From contig CAVOXA010000010.1 in assembly GCA_963700285.1 (NCBI GenBank), positions 1,632,001 through 1,696,000 of the forward strand: a stretch of 64,000 nt of DNA, given 5' to 3'. Both the position numbers and the translations under genes were made by a program. Below the pieces are notes generated by a model, which saw nothing but the letters and a program-made list of their open reading frames with translations, did no database searches and was not told where the DNA came from. The DNA is from an uncultured Chloroflexia bacterium (GTDB taxonomy: Bacteria; Chloroflexota; Anaerolineae; JAAYZQ01). Shown piece after piece: positions 53,332 to 61,678 of the stretch (within the stretch, counting starts at the first letter, position 1; every line of letters starts with the position of its first letter).

Positions 53332-54978
53332 GTGCGTAGGGTTCATAATTCGGTAGTGCTGTTGCTTGTCGCTGCGGTGACCGCCATATCAGCGATGATG
53401 ATAGCGGTGAAGGATCCTGCCGTGGCCATGCCAGCCAGACCGCAGGCACATCAGCATCTTGCTGTCTGGCGGACCGATAGATCCAGCAGGGATACCGATA
53501 GGCTGGCGAGTGCTCTTCCCGTATCGGACGCAAAATCCACCGCCTTCCTGCCAGCGGTCTTTGGCGGCCAAGGCTCCACGTGCTCGGTGCAGTCCCCATT
53601 CTCGCTCGAGGTTGCCGCCCTTCATCAGATTGTACCAAGCGTGGAAGGGGCATACAGTACCCATACCATGACTGATGCCGAATGGTGGGCACTGTACCAA
53701 GATGCATTTCCCTCCCTGGCGGCGGCATTGAAAGCAAGCGGAGCCTGTTGGACGCGAGTGCGAGTTGACTGGGCAATGATCCAGCCAGAGCCACCGCCAG
53801 CCGAATATGTGTGGGGGCCCTACCACGACGAGAGGTTACGGCTGGTGGCTGAAACAGGTGTGCACCAAATCGCCATTGTAGACGGTATACCCGAGTGGGC
53901 AGGCAACTCGGTCTTTGGCCCCATTGATTCTGACCGGCTGGATGAGTTCACTCAATTCCTGACTGAATTGGTCACTCGCTATAAGGAACCACCTTACGAC
54001 ATCCATCACTGGGAGTTGTTCAACGAACCTGACAGGACGACTGCAGACGGCGTTCCGGTAGGTTGGGGGTATGAGGGCGACCGCTATGCCCAGATGTTGG
54101 CCGTGGCCTACCCGGCAATCAAGGCGGCTGACCCGCAAGCGACGGTTTTGATGGGAGGCCTGGCCTATGACTGGTTCACGGAGTATCGTGGGCCATTCAA
54201 TCGTTACTTTCCAGACAAAGTGATGACGAGCGGCGGTGGCGATCACCTGGACGTTACCAGTTTCCACTACTTCCCTGACTTTTCCGCGGAATGGGAGCGC
54301 TGGGACCCGAAAAGCGAAGAGCGCCGTAACGGCTGGCTACCTGCCCCTAGCTGTGGCAAGGTGGATGATGGGCGAGGCACAGCCTACGAGGCTGGCGGCA
54401 TTGACCTAATTGCCAAGATATCTCATTTCCGGAATCGTCTAGCTACATGCTTTGGCCTGTACAAGCCAGTGTGGGTTACTGAGTTAGGGGAGCATGGCTA
54501 TGCCGGCGACTCTGACTCCCTTGCCGGGCAGGCTCGCTACGTGATCCAAGGGTATGCTCGCGGCTTGGCAGCCGGCATTCAGAATATCACGTGGTTTGCT
54601 CTCGTCTCCCCACCCTATGACCCGTACGACCAGGGGTTGCTGTTTCAAGATGACTGGTCTCCTAAGCCAAGCTACTTTGCGTACCAGACGATGACCCGCG
54701 AGTTGGCAGACCATACCTACGTGGACACGCTGGATGTGCAAGGTGTCGAAGCCTATGTCTTCCAGGACGCGGCACAGCAAGCAAAGACGGTAGCCTGGAA
54801 TCGATACCCAGGGGAATCGGCCCAGCTCACCTTTGCCGGCCACAGCCGCCTCCGTGTGGTGGATCGCAGTGGCAACGTGATGTTCGTCGAGGATGGAGGA
54901 TCAGGCGATCTGGATGGGACGGCAAACGGGAGTGTGAGCCTAAACATGACAGCCGATCCGGTTTTCGTGTCGCGATAG
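53332..54978 (+). CDS. Secreted clan GH-A (GH5/GH39-like) glycoside hydrolase
   Basis: Signal peptide; WELFNEPD, SFHYF, KPVWVTELG, KPSYFAY; N-proximal AFLPAVF motif. Confidence 0.85.
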   Translation: MRRVHNSVVLLLVAAVTAISAMMIAVKDPAVAMPARPQAHQHLAVWRTDRSSRDTDRLASALPVSDAKSTAFLPAVFGGQGSTCSVQSPFSLEVAALHQIVPSVEGAYSTHTMTDAEWWALYQDAFPSLAAALKASGACWTRVRVDWAMIQPEPPPAEYVWGPYHDERLRLVAETGVHQIAIVDGIPEWAGNSVFGPIDSDRLDEFTQFLTELVTRYKEPPYDIHHWELFNEPDRTTADGVPVGWGYEGDRYAQMLAVAYPAIKAADPQATVLMGGLAYDWFTEYRGPFNRYFPDKVMTSGGGDHLDVTSFHYFPDFSAEWERWDPKSEERRNGWLPAPSCGKVDDGRGTAYEAGGIDLIAKISHFRNRLATCFGLYKPVWVTELGEHGYAGDSDSLAGQARYVIQGYARGLAAGIQNITWFALVSPPYDPYDQGLLFQDDWSPKPSYFAYQTMTRELADHTYVDTLDVQGVEAYVFQDAAQQAKTVAWNRYPGESAQLTFAGHSRLRVVDRSGNVMFVEDGGSGDLDGTANGSVSLNMTADPVFVSR

Positions 54979-55148
54979 AGGTCAAGTCGGCTGACAAAAG
55001 ATCTCAGATTCTGGGCTATGATGCGCGGGCAGATAGTCGATCTCGTTCTCAAGACCGGCAGCCGCTCAGCGCATATTTGCGACTGCAAGTAGGCTGATTG
55101 GTGTGTCTCCAGGCTATCGATGCTACCCGGCTGGATGGTACGTAGGGT

Positions 55149-56234
55149 ATGGAGCAGGAGCGCATGGAGCACAGCAAGCGCGCTAGCATTATCATTGTGG
55201 CCCATAACGGAATAGACTACTTGGCTACATGCCTTGCATCGTTGCGGCGAGAAATCAGTCCTCACGATGAGTTGATAGTCGTCGACAATGCCTCTTGCGA
55301 TGGGAGTGCCGACTTGGTGCGCCAGCAGTGGCCCCATGCAACTGTCATTCGAAACCAGGCCAACGTCGGCTTTGCTGCTGGATGCAACACAGGAGCGGAG
55401 CACGCCAAGGGGTTTTACGTGGTATTTCTCAACCAGGATACGGAGGTCCTGCCTGGATGGCTTGACGCACTCTTGGCTGCTCTTGAGTCGGATGAAGCTG
55501 CTGCCCTGACCGCGTCAAAACAGCTATATCTGACCTGTCCCGAACAACTGCACAACGCAGGAGCAGACCTGCATTACTCCGGCTTGGTCTTCCTCCGTGG
55601 CGTGTTGCAGCGTGCCGACAAGTTCGCAAACGGAATTGAGAAGGTCCAAAGTGTAGTCGGCGCATCCTTTGCCATGCCCCGAAAGATCTGGAGGGAGCTG
55701 GGCGGCTTTTGCCCAGAGTTTTACATGTACTACGAGGAAATGGATCTTTCCTGGCGGGCGCAGCTAGCTGGGTACGTGTGCCTCTATACTCCAGAGTCGC
55801 TTGTCTACCACGGCGTGCCTCGCTCCACTCCCTCCTTCAACAAGCTACACTACATATGTCGCAATCGGCAGGTATCGCTGCTGAGTAACTGGCGGTGGAC
55901 CACCCTTGTTCTGTTGGGTCCCGGGCTCTTGCTGGCGGAACTGGCAGAGTTCGGCTTTGTGATCGTGGCAGGGAGGTTGGGGGGTATCTGGGCCAAACTG
56001 GCTGCCTACGGCTGGCTGCTCCGAAACCTTGGTACAGTGATGCGCCTGCGACGGGAGAGCCACCATCTCAGGCGCGTGCCCGACTGGGTGATCTTGGAGA
56101 ACCGAAGCTGGACACTTCAGCCGAGGGAATTCACCGGCGGCCAATTCGGCCGATGGCTGGCCAAGCTAGTGAACATTCCTCTATACGCCAATGGATGGTT
56201 GGTCTGGCATATTTGTCGTGGCTTGGGATGGTGA
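55149..56234 (+). CDS. Glycosyltransferase family 2
   Basis: SIIIVAHNG...VDNASCDGS...FLNQD...YYEEMDLSWR. Confidence 0.92.
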   Translation: MEQERMEHSKRASIIIVAHNGIDYLATCLASLRREISPHDELIVVDNASCDGSADLVRQQWPHATVIRNQANVGFAAGCNTGAEHAKGFYVVFLNQDTEVLPGWLDALLAALESDEAAALTASKQLYLTCPEQLHNAGADLHYSGLVFLRGVLQRADKFANGIEKVQSVVGASFAMPRKIWRELGGFCPEFYMYYEEMDLSWRAQLAGYVCLYTPESLVYHGVPRSTPSFNKLHYICRNRQVSLLSNWRWTTLVLLGPGLLLAELAEFGFVIVAGRLGGIWAKLAAYGWLLRNLGTVMRLRRESHHLRRVPDWVILENRSWTLQPREFTGGQFGRWLAKLVNIPLYANGWLVWHICRGLGW

Positions 56235-56327
56235 GAGGGCGTGCAGAATACACAAGGCCAGGTGCCCGGCCCGGTCTGACCCTAGTCTGCGGTGGGGATA
56301 GCTGAACTATCCCACTCGGCTTCCTAT

Positions 56328-56356
56328 TTGACAGCCATTGGTACAGAGGGTATAGT
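56328..56356 (+). promoter_or_regulatory. Putative sigma70 promoter
   Basis: TTGACA-N17-TATAGT; a hairpin at 56292-56315 lies just upstream. Confidence 0.6.
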
Positions 56357-56479
56357 TGGCTCCAAGATGAATGGGCTGGTGATGAGGCTGAATCCCCCTA
56401 TGGTAGGCCATATCTTCACGACAACCCGCGTTCTTGCCAGACGCCTGTTCTGTACGTCGCAGCTTGGCAGGAGGGCAAC

Positions 56480-57514
56480 ATGATCTCGGGAGAACCCTGG
56501 ATCTCGGTGATCGTGCCCGCGTACCAGGCGGAAGCTACTATCGACCGTTGCCTGGAGGCCCTTGCTGATCAGACCACGGCTCAAGACGCGTACGAAGTGT
56601 TGCTAGTGGACGACGGCTCCACGGATGGGACTTGCGCCCGAGTCAAGACCCATGCCGGGATTCGCCTGCTCACCCAGCCCAATGCCGGGCCGGCCTCAGC
56701 CCGTAACCTGGGTGTGCAGCATGCGAGGGGCAAGTTGGTACTGTTCACCGACGCGGACTGCGAGCCAGCTCCAGATTGGATCGAGCAGATGGCTGCCCCT
56801 TTTCAGCGGGAAGAGATCGCTGGAGCGAAAGGCGCCTACCTCAGTCGCCAGACAGAACTGGTAGCCCGTTTCGTGCAAATGGAGTATGAGGAAAAATACG
56901 ACTCTATGGCCAGAGAGCGATATATCGACTTTGTTGACACCTACGCAGCGGGCTACTGGCGAGATATCTTTCTTGATCACGGCGGCTTCGATCCGGTGTT
57001 CCTGGTTGCCTCGGTGGAGGATCAGGAATTCTCTTTTCGGCTGGCACGGCAGGGATACAAGATGGTCTTTGTACCTGAGGCCCGGGTCTATCACTGGGGC
57101 CATGCGCCCAACCTCGGCACCTATCTGAAGCGCAAGTTCAGGATCGGCTACTGGAAAATCCTGGTCACGCGGCGGTACCCGAACAAGATCGCTCGCGACT
57201 CTCACACGCCGCAGGTACTCAAGTTGCAGATCTTGTTGGTGGGATTCGGGCTTGCCTGCTTGGTCGCTAGCCCCCTGTGGACCAGCCTGATCTGGGGAGG
57301 CCTTGCCGCAGGGTTGGCATTCTCGCTGACCACACTGCCATTTGTTTTGAAAGCGTGGCGAAAAGATCGACTGGTGGCCATCATCTCCCCTGGGCTGCTC
57401 CTCGGGCGTGCTCTAAGCTTGGGAGTGGGTCTTGCTGTAGGACTCGTGGCCAATCTCGGTGCTGAGCTCGGCATTGGAGAGCGCAAAAGTGCGCGAACAA
57501 CACCAAGCCCCTGA
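56480..57514 (+). CDS. Glycosyltransferase family 2 with C-terminal TM segments
   Basis: SVIVPAY...VDDGSTD...GPASARN...FTDAD...EDQEFS. Confidence 0.92.
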   Translation: MISGEPWISVIVPAYQAEATIDRCLEALADQTTAQDAYEVLLVDDGSTDGTCARVKTHAGIRLLTQPNAGPASARNLGVQHARGKLVLFTDADCEPAPDWIEQMAAPFQREEIAGAKGAYLSRQTELVARFVQMEYEEKYDSMARERYIDFVDTYAAGYWRDIFLDHGGFDPVFLVASVEDQEFSFRLARQGYKMVFVPEARVYHWGHAPNLGTYLKRKFRIGYWKILVTRRYPNKIARDSHTPQVLKLQILLVGFGLACLVASPLWTSLIWGGLAAGLAFSLTTLPFVLKAWRKDRLVAIISPGLLLGRALSLGVGLAVGLVANLGAELGIGERKSARTTPSP

Positions 57515-58157
57515 GGACGTCCCGCTGTCGCCGAAGCATCTAGCATCGATCCAGGGCAGAAGGGGCATTCTCAAACAGATAATCGACATTGTGGGAGCAA
57601 CCATCGGTCTGCTGCTCTTTGCGCCCTTGATGCTGTTGATCACCATCTCAATCAAGCTTGACTCGCTCGGACCGGTTTTGTTCATACAGAGGCGTGTGGG
57701 GCTATTCGGCGAGACATTTCAGGTGTACAAGTTCCGCAGTATGGTTGCGAACGCCGAGGATCTGCTCGATCAGCTGATCGATATCCAGGTACTGGAAGAG
57801 CCAGTTTTCAAGATCCGCAACGACCCAAGGGTGACTCGTGTGGGCCGCTTCTTGCGCCGCTGGAGCCTAGATGAGCTTCCCCAGTTCGTCAATGTGCTCA
57901 AAGGGGACATGAGTCTCGTAGGTCCCCGTCCTGAAGAGGTGGGGCTCGTGCAATACTACAGCGACTTCCACCGGGCGCGCCTGTTAGCCAAGCCGGGGAT
58001 GACTGGGCCTGTGCAGGTGAGCGGCCGGGGCGACTTGTCGCTTAGGGCGAGAGTCGAGCTGGAGATTGATTACATCCAGCACTATTCTCTCGGCAAAGAT
58101 CTGCAGATCCTGCTGAAGACGATCCCAGCAGTGATACGTGGTGATGGCTCCTATTGA
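57459..58157 (+). CDS. Priming polyprenyl-phosphate sugar phosphotransferase (Bac_transf domain); start uncertain
   Basis: KQIIDI...GPVLFIQRRVG...KFRSM...DPRVTRVGRFLRRWSLDELPQ...SLVGPRP...KPGMTG. Confidence 0.92.
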   Translation: MLSSALESAKVREQHQAPEDVPLSPKHLASIQGRRGILKQIIDIVGATIGLLLFAPLMLLITISIKLDSLGPVLFIQRRVGLFGETFQVYKFRSMVANAEDLLDQLIDIQVLEEPVFKIRNDPRVTRVGRFLRRWSLDELPQFVNVLKGDMSLVGPRPEEVGLVQYYSDFHRARLLAKPGMTGPVQVSGRGDLSLRARVELEIDYIQHYSLGKDLQILLKTIPAVIRGDGSY

Positions 58158-58314
58158 GGCACTCGAGAACGGCCTGGGAGAGTTAAATCGACACAAGTCC
58201 CCCAGATCATCTATTGCCTTCCGCTGCGGGCCAGGCTGGCAGGCCTGACTGCGGGCTGAGTCTGGGCTGCTGGGCGGTACCAAGTTCCAGCAGGCGAGGA
58301 GGACTGAGGCCACC

Positions 58315-59823
58315 GTGCGCCATGAGGAGAAACGCGCTACGCTCATCGTGATGGTGGGGCTGGGGGCAACTGTGGCCACTGGCTATCTGCGTGAAGCAGC
58401 CCTGGCCTATCAGCTTGGTGTCGGTCGTTCGGCTGACATCTTTCTCATCGCCTTCGCGGTACCCGAGTTTGTCATCACGGCGCTGCCCATAATCCTTTCA
58501 GCGACCTTCATTCCCCTGTTTGCCGCTATCCGCCAGCGGGCTGGCGAGGGGCACGCCTGGCGCTTTGGTTACCAGGCGGCTGGGGGCCTGCTATTGCTGT
58601 TACTAGGCATTGTGGTCGTGGCTGCATGGGGAGCTCCCTTGTACATAAGCTGGCTGGCGCCCGGTTTCGGGCCCTGGGAGCAGGTCCAATCGGTCCGAGC
58701 CCTGTACCGCATGCTGCCTGCCATAGTCCTGATGGCAGGAGCGAACTTGGTCACTGCGGCGCTCCACGTCTACCGCCGCTTTGCGCGTCCGGCGCTGGCC
58801 TCAGCGACCAACAACTTGGTTTTCGTCGCTGCCCTGCTGGGCCTGCCCCTGGCCTGGGCGGTAGGCCGAGCTGCATGGGGTGTGACCTTGGGCGCAGCCT
58901 CGGCCCTGCTGGTTCAGTTGCCTTTGCTGTGGACCCTTCGCCCCGGTTGGCGAAAGGTAAAGGCCAAGGAGGATGCCCGAGAAGAGCTGTACCCAACGAT
59001 AAGGGACCTGGTCCGTCTGGCCGGGCCGCTGACGGCAGGATATGCAGTGCACCATGCCATCCTCCTTGTGGATCGAGCCATGGCCTCAACGTTGGGCGCC
59101 GGTAGCGTGGCCACCCTCAACTATGGCTACCGGCTAGCCTTGGTTGTGGGCCAGTTGAGTGGGTTGGCTGTCTCGACAGCGATGTTTCCCGGAATGGCGG
59201 AGCAGGCCGATCGCAGCGATGATGCCGGCCTGCGGGCCAGCCTTGCAGGTGCGCTGGGCCTTGTCTGGGCCATTGGCGTCCCTGCTTGCACCGGGTTGGT
59301 CCTTTTGCGAGTGCCGGTGGTCCAGGTGCTGTTCGAACGCGGAGCCTTTGATCAGGAGGCCACGGCAGCGGTCAGCGATGTGCTGAGGTGGTATGCTCCG
59401 GCAGTCCTGGCCGACGCGCTGTGCCAGCCGCTGTGGCGGGTCGTCTATGCTTGGCGCAGGGGGCGAGCAGTACTGGCAGTCAATGCCTTGCAGACCCTCC
59501 TTCGCTTGACAGGCAATCTGATCTTGATGCCGAGATTTGGGTATGATGGCCTGGCCCTGTCGGCCGCCATGGGGCTGTCCGTGCAACTCCTGGTCTTGCT
59601 CTGGTTCGTGCGCCGCCGTCTAGGAAACTATTTGGCGTTGCAGTGGTGGCGGCGAGCAGTCCGCGTTATTGCTGCCACGGGCTGTGCACTCGTCACGGCG
59701 GGTCTGCTGCATCGCAGCTTGTCCACAGCACCAGCCTTGGTCGATCTCATAGTCAGCGGTACGGTTGGTAGCTTGACGTATCTGCTTGTTCTTTGGTTGC
59801 TTGAGCAAGGGAATCGACACTAA
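58315..59823 (+). CDS. murJ: MurJ/MviN-like MOP-superfamily flippase
   Basis: GYLRE...LGVG..ADIF..AF..P; VDRAMASTLGAGSVATLNYG; LFERGAFD; many TMs. Confidence 0.8.
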   Translation: MRHEEKRATLIVMVGLGATVATGYLREAALAYQLGVGRSADIFLIAFAVPEFVITALPIILSATFIPLFAAIRQRAGEGHAWRFGYQAAGGLLLLLLGIVVVAAWGAPLYISWLAPGFGPWEQVQSVRALYRMLPAIVLMAGANLVTAALHVYRRFARPALASATNNLVFVAALLGLPLAWAVGRAAWGVTLGAASALLVQLPLLWTLRPGWRKVKAKEDAREELYPTIRDLVRLAGPLTAGYAVHHAILLVDRAMASTLGAGSVATLNYGYRLALVVGQLSGLAVSTAMFPGMAEQADRSDDAGLRASLAGALGLVWAIGVPACTGLVLLRVPVVQVLFERGAFDQEATAAVSDVLRWYAPAVLADALCQPLWRVVYAWRRGRAVLAVNALQTLLRLTGNLILMPRFGYDGLALSAAMGLSVQLLVLLWFVRRRLGNYLALQWWRRAVRVIAATGCALVTAGLLHRSLSTAPALVDLIVSGTVGSLTYLLVLWLLEQGNRH

Positions 59824-59914
59824 TACCCAGGGCTGCGGGCCAGCAACCCACGGGCACTTGTGAGTTGTTGGTAGTCTCTTTGCAACCACCCTTTGACATC
59901 GTACTGTCTGGCCC

Positions 59915-61222
59915 TCAACGTACGAACAAATGGCTTACCCGCTCCCAATCAGCAAAGAGATAGAGGGCGCCCAAACAGTGGAGCCAGGCTAGAAGCACAG
60001 CCTGGTTTGTGGCCGCAGGCACGCGGGCCAGCCCGCGGACCATCAGCAGAGCAATTGCAGGAAAGGCTAGCATGTAGTATCTATGCGCTGGAAGGGTGGC
60101 AGTCAGAGAGATGAACACCACAGCTATCCACAGCACGACATAGAGGTCGGACCGGACTCTGTGCCGCAGAATTTGCACAGCACCAAGGATTATGAGAGGG
60201 ATGTTGTACACGCCTAGGGCAGAAGGCAGCCTGGTAAGCAGGCTCTCAGCCAGAAACCTCTTTCCCCATTCAGTCAGTACAACGATCCCCAAATATGGGA
60301 CCAGGGTATCAGTCTGAGCGCCAAGTATGCCGCCGAAGAAAGCGAATACTATCCACAACGAGAATAATGCGAGGGATGTCAGAATCATCACAACCAGATA
60401 GCGCTTGAGATGCCGAAGGCGCTTGCTGGCGACAAACCACGCCAGTAGCACCGGGTAGATCAGGACCATGGTATATTTGGAGAGAAGGCCAAGACCGACA
60501 GCCAGCCCCGCGGCCACAGCAAGGGGATACGTCGGATTGCTGCGCAGGCGCGCGACCAGGAGCAGCGATAATACGAAAAAGAAGGTGACCGGGATGTCGG
60601 TCATGGCCGCAGGACCAAGCCGAAAGAAGAGAGGAAATGTGGGCACAAGGAAGGCTGCTAACAACCCCACGCGGCGACTGTACAACTCACAGCCAAGCAA
60701 GTAGGTCACCAGAAGCAGCCCAATGGACAGGACGAGGCCGGTCAGCCGCATGACCAACATCTCTACCCCAAACAGGTGCATGGCGACAGCATAGAGCAAT
60801 ACTATCAACGGAGGATGCTGGGGCCCCAGCCATCGGAAGTCGGTATAACTTTCGAGAAACGGAATTAGACCGTTCTTGACAATGAACTCGGCCGCTGTGA
60901 AGCCACGGCGCTCGGCTGCCCATGGTCGCTGACTTTGCGCGTAGATCAACCCAACTGTCAGTACCAGGAGGCAGAGTACCAAGAGTGCGAGCCATGGACC
61001 AACCGCGAACCTCGCTCCTAATCTGGTGTTCCTCAGGTCAAGACCCTCAGGAAGGACTATCACCACAAGACCGACGACAATCGTGTAGATGACTAGTGCA
61101 GGGATCTTTCCCGAGTAAGCCACCGCGCCCGTCAGCCAGGAGGCACCCAGCCAGACAAGCTGGAGTGCGGTCATCGAACCCAACAGGACAATGCGGGGCT
61201 TTGCGGCGTTGATTCTTCTCAT
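59915..61222 (-). CDS. ArnT/PMT-like (GT-C, GT39/GT83) membrane glycosyltransferase
   Basis: QHPPL...VMRL...AAMTDIP...GLLSKY...HRYYM motifs; many TMs. Start ATG 61222 is inferred (ORF open to 61423). Confidence 0.85.
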   Translation of the reverse strand: MRRINAAKPRIVLLGSMTALQLVWLGASWLTGAVAYSGKIPALVIYTIVVGLVVIVLPEGLDLRNTRLGARFAVGPWLALLVLCLLVLTVGLIYAQSQRPWAAERRGFTAAEFIVKNGLIPFLESYTDFRWLGPQHPPLIVLLYAVAMHLFGVEMLVMRLTGLVLSIGLLLVTYLLGCELYSRRVGLLAAFLVPTFPLFFRLGPAAMTDIPVTFFFVLSLLLVARLRSNPTYPLAVAAGLAVGLGLLSKYTMVLIYPVLLAWFVASKRLRHLKRYLVVMILTSLALFSLWIVFAFFGGILGAQTDTLVPYLGIVVLTEWGKRFLAESLLTRLPSALGVYNIPLIILGAVQILRHRVRSDLYVVLWIAVVFISLTATLPAHRYYMLAFPAIALLMVRGLARVPAATNQAVLLAWLHCLGALYLFADWERVSHLFVR

Positions 61223-61678
61223 CTGATGCAATCGCAATTCTCCACCCGATCTCGAATAGCTCTGGAGTCCGCCTCGGCGGCACCTGCAACCGCATTCTAC
61301 TACATCTCGTCCCAGAAGACCAGCCGATAGACAGTGGTTCTGGCCTTTCGGTAGAGTTGCTTTCCAGGTACTGGCCGAGACTGTAGATTCGCATAGAGAC
61401 CATCTGAGCTCGGGTGATATCATAGCCCCACGCCTTCAACAGGATCCGAAAACGACATACCTCCGCGATCACACTTCTGGACCCGCCGGAGTTTCTGTGG
61501 TATGATGAATTAGGCAGGCATCCACCCCGCCTCCGACTGTGCTGCCCTTTGGCCATCGTCAGCACAGCCGTCAAGATTCCCTGTCGACTGCCTTTCTTGT
61601 CCTCCAGCCTACAGATTCAAAGGGACGATCCTGGGGAAGGTTTCTGGATTCTACCAGGCAACATCGAGGTGATCCTGT

